DNA of 63,819 nucleotides, counting the filler, from Octopus bimaculoides (Eukaryota), in NCBI RefSeq assembly GCF_001194135.2. It is 4 parts of 4 records of this genome, joined end to end, with 100 filler letters (N's around TTAATTAATTAA, not from the genome) between each part and the next. Parts side by side here need not be neighbours in the genome. Positions count along the whole stretch, not along the records: positions 28,818 to 60,781 come from NC_068981.1; 3 more parts are not named here. The stretch is one strand, 5' to 3'. Positions 37,694-50,963 of this stretch are shown piece after piece (the stretch's first letter is position 1; the number at the start of each line of letters is the position of its first letter). A program made the translations under genes and the position numbers. The notes beneath the pieces were generated by a model. That model was not told the DNA's origin, made no database searches, and saw nothing but the letters and a program-made list of their open reading frames with translations.

Positions 37694-39559
37694 TTTAATA
37701 CCACTTTCTGTCTTTAGTCATTATCTATATTAATGCCTCCATAACCTTCTTGACATCCCAATAGCCTGTCAGTATAAAGTATTATACTTATAAAAAGATC
37801 CAAGAAAGGATATAATAGAACAGATTCCTGGTATATTATATACTGGTCTATCAAAGGATGTGATAAGTAATGTACCACTTCTCAGTATGCAATGTCCTTT
37901 TTGTTGCCTAGGTTCAATCCTGAGCCAGCAAATGAAATGTCTTTGTTAAGGACAGTGTCCTGTTTGTGACAGAAATCAGTTGCAACTTTTTACACATTCC
38001 CTCAAGGTTGACTTTGCCTTTCATCCTTTTGGAGTAGATAAAACAAGTACCAGTTGAGCACTGGGGTTGATGTAATCGACTTAACACCACCTCTGAAATT
38101 GGTGGCCTTGTGCCAAAATTTGAAATAAATTTTTACATTACACAAAACTTTCAAAATCAAAAAGAAAGGACCCACAGTAAAATAAATAAATATAAAACAT
38201 TGCTAACTGGGTGTCTTATTAAAGAAGACACCTTTTAGTTTATGATATATATATATATATATATAGTCTTTCCAGTTATGTGAATCAGTGTATTTTGTTA
38301 CTAAAAGGCAACATGAAAAGTAAAGAAAAATAAACAGAGAGTGCTAGTTGCAATGGATTGAGTTACAAAGATGGTGTTGATAGAGGCTATTTCTTTATAA
38401 AGCCCAACTGAAAGAATAAAGTTGGAAAAGCTTTATTCTGCTTGAAGTATTCAATGAAAATAAACAAGGAAAGGAAGCTAATAGTTAACCGAGGTGGAAA
38501 TATGGTACTGAATGATTACACAGTAAGGGAGCTAGAAGAGGAGTATATATGGCAACAATAAGAATGTTTGGATAAACAGGTTTCAAGACGGGCTGAAAGA
38601 ATAATTTGTTTGAAAGGGGGTTTGCTCCAGTAGATACAATTGAAATGCAATGCGAACAGTTGCATTTATAAATAGCTATGGCAGATGTGATAAAGTAGTT
38701 GATGAATAGATAGTCTTCAGTAACTTAATTCAAAATGTGGTGTGATGAAGGTCATACAAACTTAATGGCTGATCTCCTGAAATGGGTAAACAGTTGTTGA
38801 ATTTGATTAAATCTACTATTTGTCAGTAGGAATAAGTCATAGAGTCTGTGTCAGATTTAATTTGAAGATGCCATGTAAATTCAAGGCTACACTTTCTAAG
38901 AATAAATTATGTTAGGTCAGGATGTAGGAAAAACCATACAATAATACAGAAATAAATTCCATATATGATATGATGAAGTTACTAACTTCTGAGATATAAA
39001 ACTTTATGAAAACAAAAGAAACCTAAAGTAACAATAAATCTTAAAGCAGCAAACCAATTTAATGAAACTATAATGGTACATTACTATTTGTGATAACAAA
39101 AAAAGAAACTTTAAAAAAGAATCTGAAAAAGCAGTCATAAATATGTGAAAAGAGGAAAATGACTGTGTCACAAATAGGGAAAACAAAGTCGCAGCTATTG
39201 AAAAAAAAAATTTCTTCAAAGACATAATTGTTGTTATTTTAAATTATTATAGGCTTATTGTCATTATTTTAAAACTTGTTTCTCCAAGTCATGTGGGTTG
39301 AATAAGTCTAAAACACATGCGGCCATACATACCAATCCAGTATTATTTCAAAAGTAATCTAACTACTACTTCCCAAGTCTACTTATACTAGTAGTTTTGT
39401 TTTTTAGATTTTAGGCTGGCAAGAAATAAAAGTATTACATTGTTTAAGCAATATCACCAACGTTAGTTAAATCAAGACCTATTATTTAATGCAAAAATAC
39501 ACACTGCTAGCGTAACTATAAATACATAACATTTCAGATGTAAAATCTGGGAATATTAC

Positions 39560-40225
39560 ATGGTGTACCCAGGGTAAACAATGGATGTGCAAGAGCTGTA
39601 GTAGGATCACCGATAGAAAAAAGTAGACTTTGTATGTTAAATATATACAAAAGTAATTACACAGTAAAAGTGCATGAGAAATTCCTTCAAATGCTTGGAA
39701 GGCTCCCAAGAAGCAATTGATAACTTTTCTTACTTAGGTGACCTAATTAGCAGTGGAGCATGGCACTCCATATGCATAATTACTAAAATAAGAAAAGTTC
39801 AGGGAACTATTACCTCTGCAGATAGCATAGGACATCTCTTTTAGAGTAAAGGGTAGATTGTAATGAGGCTTGTGCAAGAAGTGCAATGTTAGAGGCATGA
39901 ACTATAATGAGCTTTGAGTGTGGAAGGTGTGCAAAGACTATTAAAAAGTGAGGTAAGTATGCAACAATCAATGTATAAAAAGAATGGTAGGGGTATAAAT
40001 GAGTGGGATCAAAATCAGTATAGAAGACGAGAGAAAACTGCACTAGTATGAAGATATAATGCCTAATGAAGAACTCAGTTGTGTAAGGAAGTGCCAAGTC
40101 CTTCAGGTGCATAGAACCTGAGGAAGAAGGAGGCCAAAGAAGACAAGAAATAGTGAAGACTGATCTTGAGAGATAAGAAAGGACAACACTAAGTGCTGGA
40201 GAAGGCCTACCCAACTGATACATGG
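39560..40225 (+). mobile_element. Degenerate RTE-clade LINE 3' fragment
   Basis: Traces FSYLGDLIS, KFRELLPL, FRVKGRL, RRRPKK; many stops. Confidence 0.65.
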
Positions 40226-40657
40226 AAAATCATCATCATCACCATCATCAATTAAAGTCTGTTTTCCATTCTTGCATGGGTTGGATGGTTTGACAGCGGA
40301 CAAACCAGAGAATTGCACAAGGCTTAGTACCAATGCCAGAAGACACACTCTGTACACTCTGTAAAATGGCTGGGAAAAAGAAGGTTATCTAGCCACAGAA
40401 ACCATGTCAAAAATGGTATATAAAAGTTGTAGTTTCTGACCCACATAAGAAGGCAGTAACACTTTATAGTATCTGACTTGGACCATACTGGTCCATCTAG
40501 CACATGGAAAAATGGTTGTAAAATGATGTTGATGACTGTATTGAGTAATTGAATAGTAAATATAAAATGTTTGTATGTACATATAGCATATGCAAATATT
40601 AAGTTTAGCAATGGATATAAATCCTGAGAGATAACAGATTACTAAAAATAAACCTAC

Positions 40658-40671
40658 ATCAACCTCAATAT
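40658..40671 (-). CDS. Candidate 14-nt micro-exon ([D]IEVD, phase 1/0)
   Basis: Long poly-T...TATCTAG acceptor and GTAGGT donor; joins the 33-nt exon in frame. Confidence 0.4.
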
Positions 40672-41109
40672 CTAGATATGACAAAAAAAAAAAAAAAATA
40701 CAGAGAATTTCATTGCAAAAATAAGATTAATGTTATGTAAATTTAATCTACATTTTTTTTTTCCTGAAAACTATTTGCTAGTAAATATTTTTAGGTTGCT
40801 AAATAGAATTAGTCATAATTTCATAAGCTCAGAATGAAAAAGAATTATTTTTTCAAAGCTTCAATTAGAATATGTAAAATTAAATCAGTATAGAATATGT
40901 AAAATTAAATCAGAAATTAAAAAAAAAGACCAGTAATTTAATTTTCACATAATAAATTTGAAACTAGTGTTTTATTTAAAAAATTTTAAATACATGATCA
41001 AGAGTAAAGATAAATATTAAATTAAAATTGACTAAATAATCAAATCCAGCATATGTAAGTGTACTTCATAATGCATAACACTCAAGAGTGAAATAAGAGA
41101 GTAACCTAC

Positions 41110-41127
41110 TTTATATTTAAACTAGAC
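41110..41127 (-). CDS. Candidate 18-nt micro-exon (SSLNI, phase 2/2)
   Basis: TAACTTCTCCAG acceptor and GTAGGT donor; only phase 2 is open. Confidence 0.3.
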
Positions 41128-41804
41128 CTGGAGAAGTTAATACATTATCCTTATTATTCTTTCAACACTTAGCCCTCTACTATGGAAGTCTTGGTCTATT
41201 GTTATGGCTCAAGACCCTGGGATCTGACAACTTCATATTATTGAGCTGGTGTCAGAAAAATGCCTATTTTGTTCCAGCTCTCTCTGTTCTAAGTTCAAAT
41301 CCCACCAAGGTTCATGTTGCTTTTTATTCTTTTGAGTGCAATAAACTAAAGTACCAGTCAAGTATTGGAATCAATAATATCAACTAACCCCTTTGCTTCA
41401 AAACTGCTGGTCCTGTGCCTAAATTACAAACAATTATTTTTATCATAAAACAGTTGATTGGCAGGATTATTTATTAGGGTTAGAAAAATGTTGCTCCCTA
41501 GAGATGTTTTTCACCCTCCTTAAAATTTTGGTATATATTACATTCCCTCCTCTTACTTACCAAACCCTACACCTAGAATCATTGCTCACTCTCACTGTTA
41601 TTCTCTGTCAGTTGTAGGACCATTTTATGCCCTTAGCCTTTCAAGTTACAAGGCAATGATCACTAGTTCCGTCACCACATAAACAGCATCCACCAGTACA
41701 CTCTGTGAAACGGTCAGCATTAGGAACTGCAACAAGTCTTAGAAACCATGCCAAAGTAGACATTCGTGGATTACACAGTTCTCTGACTGGTCAAACCCTA
41801 TTAA

Positions 41805-42022
41805 TCCTTTAGTATTCAGGTTATTCCGTCAAATGCAATGCTTATTTATTCACTTTGTTTTGAAGTAATTATCCATTTTCTTTCAGTTTCAAGATTTCAA
41901 TGATGTGTTTGTATATTTTTAGGATGACATTCTAGGATGGGTGTGAGAGGCCATATCTGGTCAGATTGAACATAAAACAGACAGAATTTATGTCTGATAT
42001 GGCTAGTTTAAATGCTAAAGGG
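41805..42022. mobile_element. piggyBac-like MITE copy
   Basis: TTAA at 41801-04 and 42023-26; TIR TCCTTTAGTATT/AATGCTAAAGGG. Confidence 0.8.
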
Positions 42023-43894
42023 TTAAACTGCTCAACCCAAGCCAGTGAGGAAGCTGGATGATAATTATTATGTTCTATTTAATCAGTTTTCTATTGCTAC
42101 GAGTATCCAGCATTCAAATCCATATATCAATATACTTTCTGCAACAACTCTTAAAAAAAAAAACAACAAAAAACTATATTCTGAGATCATTAGATAGATT
42201 TGCTTCCCATATTGTGAGATATCTTATTCAATGCTAGCCATCACAATTCAATTCTAACTCAACAATTTTTGTTTGAGCTTTCTTTTGTGTAAAAATGACT
42301 TCAAGTATCTGGGATTACGGATACTATATTGATATCTATAGAAACTAAAGAGAAATATTAACCGTATTAGAAAGATTTGCTCTTCCTGTTTTTTTTTTCT
42401 ACTGGATAATTAAAGAAAGAAAAAAAAAACCTTCAGAAACTAAGCAGAGTTGATGATAAACTGTTGACATTTACAGTACAAGATTAAATATAACAAAAGG
42501 TCAATTTTTTGTGTTTCTGTTTTGATGAAGTTTATGAATGGAAACCATCATACAGTCACAACACAACAGCTACAGAAAAAAATAAAACTTGTTTCTGATT
42601 TAGGCACAGGGCCAGCAAATATGAGTAGGAGGGGAGAGGATTAGTAGATAGCATCAACCCCTGCACTTCACTGGAGCTTTATTTTGTTGACTCTGGAAGG
42701 ATGAAAGACCACATGGCGACTGTTTGAGGTGCCGTGCAGTAAATCAAACCTGGCCAGAGCCATAGGCTGTGAAGTGAACTTCTTAAACACATGACACACA
42801 CATGAATACACATGTAAAAGCATTTTAACATCCACCTTTGCAAGCATAGGTAGTATGGAGCTTATTGCGGTAAATTTTCTATGGCCAGACACAAGTTCAC
42901 AGAAGATTGGAAATAAATGACACTGCTTGTATGACAGCAACACTCATAACTACCATGCGATATTAAGAGTAACAAATATGTATGCATTCATACACACACA
43001 CAAACTTGTTTACTGCAGGACTGATGAACCTTGTTAAAGCCAAAGAGGTAGGTTTTTAGGTTATGATTTTCAGGACCAGCATAATAACCCTTTGGAGGCC
43101 ATATTTCTATAGAAATACACGGTCCATGTTTCAATCAATTTTGAAAATGAATCTATAAATATGTCATTATTAAGCTGATATTAGGAAGAAATTAACATGC
43201 AATTTTGAGAAATTTTAATTTAGGTGACATTAAAATGACGAGTTTGCATCACAAAAAAAGAGGTAATCTTAGGCAGGTTGATACCAAAAGGTTAGCCAAT
43301 CAACCTTCTACTATTAGAAAAAAAAAAATCTACAACGATGGCCAAAGCAATGTGGTCTGCTCATTCAAAGTTTGACCAGAGATAATAAAAATTTCAGGCT
43401 TTCCAGTGAATAAAGGCAACTGTTTGCTAAACAGAAGATAAGGTGGTTGCCTAGAACAATCCTTATAATCTGATGTATACAGTTTGATGTCACTGTAAGC
43501 ATTCTAGCTAGTGGATTCAGAGAGACTTTAATAATGTGGAAGGAGTGAATGGAGAACTGCACTGAAAGTGGACAGGATTAGTTGGAAGACTTAACAACAA
43601 ATGGCTACTGTTTTATTTTCATAAAACATTTCTCTGAACCCAATCTGTTTCTTTATTGTCACACTGTGTGTATATGGAATTGTACAAATGTTTACAGATG
43701 TGTGTATATGTATGTATATACATAAGCACATAATTTTAAGACAAGTATGTATACACACACTTTCTCCTGTACAAAGAGAAACAACGGCATTAAAAAAGGG
43801 AAAACAAACACAGGTAAGGTTTACCATAAGAGCAATGTCCCCTTACAATGACATTGACTGAATGACAGGTGACTTTAGGGATTACAATTCTTAC

Positions 43895-43918
43895 CTTGAC
43901 AAGAGGTCTGACTGACTG
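43895..43918 (-). CDS. Candidate 21/24-nt micro-exon (NAGNAG acceptor)
   Basis: TTAATTCCTAAG/CAG acceptor and AAG/GTAAGA donor; all three frames open. Confidence 0.4.
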
Positions 43919-44667
43919 CTTAGGAATTAAATAGAAAAGGTTGAACTAGTCAGCTCCTATAACAAACAGAACCCTTATTTATTTTAGGCTTGTTTCTATT
44001 CAAATCACATAAGACAGTGCCCCTTCTCTCAACCACAGTTACAAATATTGTGTTACGCTTGTGGTAAAAATATCCTGATTGACAGAAGTTCAGAGGCCAA
44101 TAATATCTTTCAAAAGAGGATGGCTTGAAATAAGTAACCTTCTTATTGTATATCCCTCTTAATAAATAACCTCATGTAGATTTTATTTTCAGTTTATCTA
44201 CATGCTTTGGGGATTATAAAGTTGCTGCAGAAGTCACAAGGTGAAAATTTTAACTTTTTCTAAATGACCTAAAGTTATAAAGTTGAGAAAACAAGAGTGA
44301 TGATTTGACAGAATTACTATAAGTACTAGGGAAAAAATGCCTAATGGTATTTATTTAGTCATGGTCATTTATGTTCTGAGTGCAAATCCTGTTAAGGTAA
44401 ACTTAAAATTTCATCCTTAAGGAGGTTGATTAAGTATCAGCTAAGTACTGAGGTGTTATTGAATTGACTGCTTTCCCCCCCAAAGTTAAAATGGGTGGAA
44501 GCCTTCCATAGCATCCAAATATTTCTCTTAAATTAGAAAATTCTGTTTTGAAAAACAGAAGGGAATATTAGATAACATTGTCCTAGAGAAGGACTGGATG
44601 GTCATAGGTGGAACACCTTTTATCATAGGTTTACATGTCCAGAGAAGATGACACGGTGCTAAGCAAC

Positions 44668-44825
44668 AGGAGTGGCTGTGTGGTAAGTAGCTTGCTTACC
44701 AACCACATGGTTCCGGGTTCATTCTCACTGCGTAGCACCTTGGGCAAGTGTCTTCTATTATAGCCTCGGGCCGGCCAAAGCCTTGTGAGTGGATTTCGTA
44801 GACGGAAACTGAAAGAAGCCTGTTG

Positions 44826-44870
<45 letters not shown>

Positions 44871-45086
44871 ATATGTTTGTGTGTCTGTGTTTGTCCTCCC
44901 AACATCGCTTGACAATTGATGGTGGTGTGTTTACGTCTCCGTAACTTAGCGGTTCGGCAAAAGAGACCGATAGAATAAGTACTAGGCTTACAAAGAATAA
45001 GTCCTGGGGTTGATTTGCTCGACTAAAGGTGGTGCTCCAGCATGGCCACAGTCAAATGACTGAAACAGGTAAAAGAGTAAAAGAGT
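44668..45086 (+). mobile_element. SINE family B (CORE-like), full length with internal (TA)n; young
   Basis: tRNA-like head, CACCTTGGGCAAGTGTCTT CORE-like motif, AAAAGAGT tail repeats; CpGs retained. Confidence 0.92.
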
Positions 45087-45774
45087 ATATATAGTTACAA
45101 GGCCTGAAGTTTGGGGGATAGGGCAAGTTGATTACATTGACCCTAGTACTTGTCTGGTACTTTATATTATCAACACCAAATGGATGAAAGGCAACATCAA
45201 CCTTGGCAGAATTTGAACTCAGAATGTAAAGAGCTGAACAGCAACAACTTCAAAGTTTTTTGAGCTATAAGAAAAGAGAATATAAATTGAATATATATCA
45301 ATAATTGTTTAGTGTGTATTGCTTTTGTGTTACAGGGTAGAGATAAAGTGTAAAAAAAAAAAAGTCATAATTCTAGATAATACTATGAGAAATAACAAAT
45401 ATGAAACTTTTCTTTCATTCAAAACAGAAAACATAGCATATAATTGAAAAGACCTCCAACCTAAAATAAGGAAATGTTAAGTATCAAACAAGATACAACA
45501 AAGCATCTAGTCCAGTGCTTCTCAAACAGTGCAACAAGTGCACACTACAAGGGGTATCTGGTGCATGGCAATTTTTAAAAATATAAAGTGTGGCTTTAAA
45601 AAAAATGCCATTTTAATGCTCAAATGTTTTGAAAAACATGCTAGTCATAATTTACTTAAATTCGATTATGATTAACTAAATAAGCAATAGTTTTGCATAT
45701 TTTTTAGCTTTAAAACAGTTATGTTTTTTTATATTTATTTATTTTAACTTTTTATGCAGTGTGTCTTATCTTTT

Positions 45775-45996
45775 ATTTGTTTCAGTCATTGGACTGTGGC
45801 CATGGTAGGGCACTACCTTAAAGTGTTCAGTCAAAGAAATTGACCCCAGCACTTATTTTTTTTTTTAAAGTCTGGTACTTCGTGCTTCAGTAAAAGTGAC
45901 TGATAGAATAAGTTACAGAGATGTAGACAAACCAACACTGGTTGTCAAGTAGTAGTGGTGGTGGTGAGGGGGAGACAAACACACATACATACATAC

Positions 45997-46071
<75 letters not shown>

Positions 46072-46222
46072 AACAACAGGTTTCCATCTACCAGATATAA
46101 TCACAAAGCTTTGGTAGGCCCAAGGCTAAAGTAGAAGACACTTGCCCAAGGTGCCACACAGTAGGACTGAAACTAAAACCATGTGGTCGTGAAGCAAACT
46201 TCTTAACACAGAGCCACCTGTG
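45775..46222 (-). mobile_element. SINE family B, full length, older
   Basis: Same architecture as 44668-45086, reversed and more diverged. Confidence 0.85.
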
Positions 46223-47054
46223 TCTGTTAGTAAATTTCATCTCATTTCCAATGTGCTACATAAAATCAAAAAGATTAAGAGCCATTGATCTTGTCCCCAT
46301 TATTGTTACTTGTCCTATAATCTGTGCCAATATAGTCACCTTAATACATATAAAAAGTGATGTATTTGAAATATAAACACTTTTATATGGATCGACATCG
46401 TTTTAATAACCACATTTCCATCCTTGCATGAAATTTGTAGAGATGGGTTTTCTGCAGCTGGATCCGATACCCTTCCGGTCACCAACTCTCACCTGATTCC
46501 AAGTAAGGAAATATTTCTTCATAACTATACATGTTGTTAAAGATTGGAAACAAAGGGTACTGCTTGCATGATGGTGACACAAATATCATGTGATGTCATG
46601 GTGAGACAATACCACACACACACACATGCATGCAGAGTTTCCATCTACCAAATTCACTCATAAGACTTTGGTCAACCTGGGTAAGACAATACCTGCCTAA
46701 GACATAACACAGTGGGACTAAACCAAAATCATGTGATTGGAAAGCAAACTTCTTTCCTCACAGACACACCTGAACTTACTGTGATATGTAAATACAAACC
46801 TATTATTGCATTTCTTTTCCAGAGTTAGTATGAAGTTTATTCTATTTTCAAGCTTTTATTGGATTATCTGTGTGCACCCTCCTCATTGATTTATATCAAC
46901 TATTTTTTCTAACAATTGTGTATTTTGTTGTTGTCGCTGGCCTTATTTAGATATGTTTCAGTCAAATATGTTGACAACACCTAAACACTACAAAACTTCA
47001 TGCAGGTGCATGAATAAATTCAGAACCCACTTCCTATCTGGATATATTACTTAC

Positions 47055-47100
47055 TATGCATCCATCACAGGTGTGATAGCAATATACCCTAAGCAGATCT
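47055..47100 (-). CDS. Candidate 46-nt exon ([E]ICLGYIAITPVMDA if phase 1; DLLRVYCYHTCDGCI if phase 2)
   Basis: TTGCTTTTGTTACAAAG acceptor and GTAAGTAA donor. Confidence 0.4.
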
Positions 47101-47879
47101 CTTTGTAACAAAAGCAACATAAAACAGAAAATGTAAAAACAATGATATTAATGGTATGAAATAAAGGAAATCCTTTCTTTCTCTCTCTCTCTCACACACA
47201 CACACATAGAGTCTTGTTTCATTTCATTTTTAAACTATCTAATTGCAGAATGATACATATATTATCTAAGAAGAGGTCACTTGAGGTTTATAAGAAAGTG
47301 GATTATTGCACTGTACAAGAAGAGGGAACAAAGCTGTGTAACTTCACTTTGAAATTTGAGAATAGAAATAATTTAATGAAAGAAATTCATGTCAAACAGA
47401 AGTTAACCAATAGAAGCAATTTTGAAATTGATACTCTTAACTTGCAATAATAAAATGTATGATTGTATGGCCACCTTCCTTGACACTAGATAATTTGATA
47501 GAAGTACATAAAATATATCTTTGTGTATAAACTTACTATCTTGCTTCAACCATAATTAACAGAAAATTCTGCTCTTTTGCTAAAATCTATAAAATGACCT
47601 TGATGAATAAAACAACCTTCTTGAAATTAGAATATAATAGATATATTGCTTATGTCATATGTATTACATAATAAAAAGTAGAAGACTGAAACAGATAGAT
47701 AAAGAGAAGGTTAACACAGTAATTTGAGCACCGAACAAAATGCTTGTGGCATTTAGTTATAGTCATTTATACTGTGATTTCAAATCCTGCTGAGATCAAC
47801 TTGGCTTTTCATTCTTCTGAGTTAGATAAAATAAGATATTATCATGCCTCTCTGCTCTTGATTCCTTGTCTTGCAAAGT

Positions 47880-48160
47880 TACTTGGTGACCCTGCATGTG
47901 CCACTTAAAAAGCAACCAGTCTACACTGTAAAGTGGTTGGCATTTGGAAAGGCATCCAGCTGTAAAAACCATGCTAAAATTTGACCTCACCTGTGTGAAT
48001 GCCATGTAAAAAGCACTCAGCCTACTCTACAGAGTGCTTGATATTGGAAAGGGTCTCCAGCCATAAAAACTATGCCAAAACAGACACAGAAGCATGGTGC
48101 ATTCTCCTGTCAAACCATCCAACCCATGTCAGCATGGAGGGAGGATGTTAAATGATGAAA
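47880..48160 (+). mobile_element. RTE-related non-autonomous repeat
   Basis: GTGGTTGGCATTTGGAAAGGCATCCAGCTGTAAAA block plus CCAACCCATGTCAGCATGG...AAATGATGA tail; about a dozen relatives (e.g. 37285, 40320, 46400, 49400, 52260, 60533). Confidence 0.75.
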
Positions 48161-50572
48161 ATTATTGTGTCCAGACAAACATTACTGATGACAATGTCAG
48201 CATTAAAACATAAATCATTTCTGTTTCCTTCCTAGAAAACTATTACAATAATTCCACCCCCACAAACAAAACAAAAAAGGTTAATAAAAAAAATCCTACT
48301 ACCAATTTATAACAGAGTAATATAGTCTGTAATTCTTCTGCTTTAGTTACAGTTTTTCTCCAGCTAGTTCTCCCTCCAGACTTCTTTGCTTATCTCTCTC
48401 TCTCTCTACATCACCAACCAACTCCAATTCCAAAGACTTCTTTTAAAGGAACACTAAGTAAATATTTGAAATTTAGTGTTTTCTAAGTGAAGTTATTGTT
48501 TTTAAACCAATGTATTTTTGTTTTGATCCAACACAATCTGAACAAAGAAACAATAATATAACAGATTGCAGCCAAAGACTTTTAGCAAAGATCAATTTTA
48601 TTGACAACTTGAAGTAAAAGAAAAATAGAGTGGTGCCAGTTATTGCTGGAAAACCTTTAATGATTGTTTTTCACTTTAGTTCAATGGCATTTTCTTTTAA
48701 GATACATTTTTATGTATAACAAAGACATCGAGTAAAAGGAGAAATAATCTTTCAAAGTTACTGCACCAACCATGTAGGCAGAGTTATATCTCTGTAGAAT
48801 AATGTTCCATAGCAGCTATCAACTTTCTTTTAATCTATTAAAATCCTCTTGATTAGTTTATGGAAAAATATAAAAAATTAAGCCAGTCTAGGTCAGAATT
48901 CCATAAATGATAATATAAAGAAAACCAAATCAAAACTCACGTAAATTGGTTTTCTCTTTTCTGAAGCACATCCGTTCTAACTTGATTTTATTATCACATT
49001 AAACTAATTCAATAGAAGTCTGAGGATAACTTGCCTTTATATATGAATTTCTGTTGCATCAGATTCAAATTCATATCAAGTTGTTTACAAACTTACTGAT
49101 AGTATCATTTATAGCATTCTAAGTTTCATAATCATTTCCAGGAGTCAAGTCTGGTTTACTGTATCTAAATGAGGAAAATATGAAAAGGAGCCTTTCAAGT
49201 GGAAATATATGCTATGAATTATGAAAATTGTGTTAAATTAATTATGAAATCTATCAAATTGTCAATGAAATGAATTAATCAGCTAAAAGATAAGATATGG
49301 CCAAACCATTTACAAAAAAAAAAGACAAAAACAACGGGTAGTAAAGTTTTTACATTTTTATCAAACTGTATTGCTTTTATGAGTTATTTATGTATCATCA
49401 TTATTACTTTTAACGTCTACCATTCCATGCTTGCATGGGTTTGACAGAGTTTATCAAGACAGGTTTTCTATGCTAGATGCCCTTCCTGTTACTAACTTTT
49501 ATCTGTTTCCAAGCAAAATTGTTTCTCCACTGGTCCTTTGCAGGATACTGGAAATGAATAACATTCATTTGCAACAATCACATGATATCAAGACAAGGAC
49601 ATACACACATGCAGAGAGGGCATGTTTTAGTTTGTCTCCCAAATCCACTCTCAAGGCTTTGGCTACCTTGGAAATATGGTGGCAGACACTCACCCAAGGA
49701 ACCACACAGTGGAACTGAACCCGTAAACAAACTCCTTAAACACACATCCATGTATCTGTGTGTGTGTGCGTATATATCAGTGTATCAACCAGACTGTAGA
49801 ATGTGGTTATACACTGCAAGCAATGATGCACTTCCTTGTTGTAGCCTTCAACTAATGCTGGCGAAGCGGGCTGGCTAACAGCTCCCCACTGAATGGGATG
49901 CCAGTCCATTGCAGGGTTACCCATTTTTAGCCAAGTCAACTGGAGTAACATAAAATGAAGTGTTTTGCTCAAGAACATAATGCACCACCAATCTGGGAAT
50001 TTGAAACTATGATCTTCACACACACATACACATATCCCTTTATTAAATGCATGGATATATAATATCATAATATCCATCCATGAAACACTAGCATCAAGCT
50101 GAATTTTTCAGAATCAGTCTACCCCTTAAGGAAACCCAGATGAACTCTGTTTTTCCCCTTTTAATTAAGTAGCTGCAAAGCATTCTAATTTATCAAATCC
50201 CAAGTGGAAGGTACTTTTTAGCTGGGCAGGTAGCAGCAAGTAGAGCAATGCACCTTGACAAGTTTTGATTCATGAGACGAAGGGGGGGGGGGGGAGTTTT
50301 TTTCTATCTTTTTCATCCAACACACTGGCTACTTACTGTTGGCTGTTTAATTTGGATAATCAATGCTTTAACCGAGTTTAACTGGATTTATAGTTTTTAT
50401 AGCTAGATGTGTCATCATCACCCAAACTATGGTGATTTCTAAGAGGTGAGAAGGAAGAAATCTGTGTTTGCTGATATAATTGGACACAAGATTATCAGTA
50501 TACAATCTTATATTTTAGTTCAATTAAAGAGCCTGATATACAAACCAAAGTAATGTTTTACCACCAGAAAAT

Positions 50573-50963
50573 TTTGTGTGTGTGTTGGCACTCCGTCGCT
50601 TACGACATTGAGGGTTCCAGTTGATCCGATCAACGGAACAGCCTGCTCGTGAAATTAACGTGCAAGTGGCTGAGCACTCCACAGACACGTGTACCCTTAA
50701 CGTAGTTCTCGGGGATATTCAGCGTGACACAGTGTGACAAGGCTGACCCTTTGAATCACAGGCACAACAGAAACAAGAAGTATGAGTGAGAGAAAGTTGT
50801 GGTGAAAGAGTATAGCAGGGTTTACCACCATCCCCTGCCGGAGCCTCGTGGAGCTTTAGGTGTTTTCACTCAATAAACACTCACAACGCCCGGTCTGAGA
50901 ATCGAAACCATGATCCTATGACCGCGAGTCCGCTGCCCTAACCACTGGGCCATTGCACCTCCA
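50573..50963 (-). mobile_element. tRNA-derived SINE family C, young, with 11-bp TSD
   Basis: Head GGAGGTGCAATGGCCCAGTGGTTAGGGCAGCGG with B-box-like GGTTTCGATTCTC; TSD CACCAGAAAAT at 50562-72 and 50964-74. Confidence 0.9.

Noticed and set aside
40866-40913. 23-bp tandem duplication (similar one at 8462-8504)
   Set aside because: Ordinary slippage-type local duplication.
48941-48976. 36-nt exon candidate with a GTGAGT donor
   Set aside because: The acceptor lacks a pyrimidine tract and all frames are open, so there is no phase support; left out of the model.
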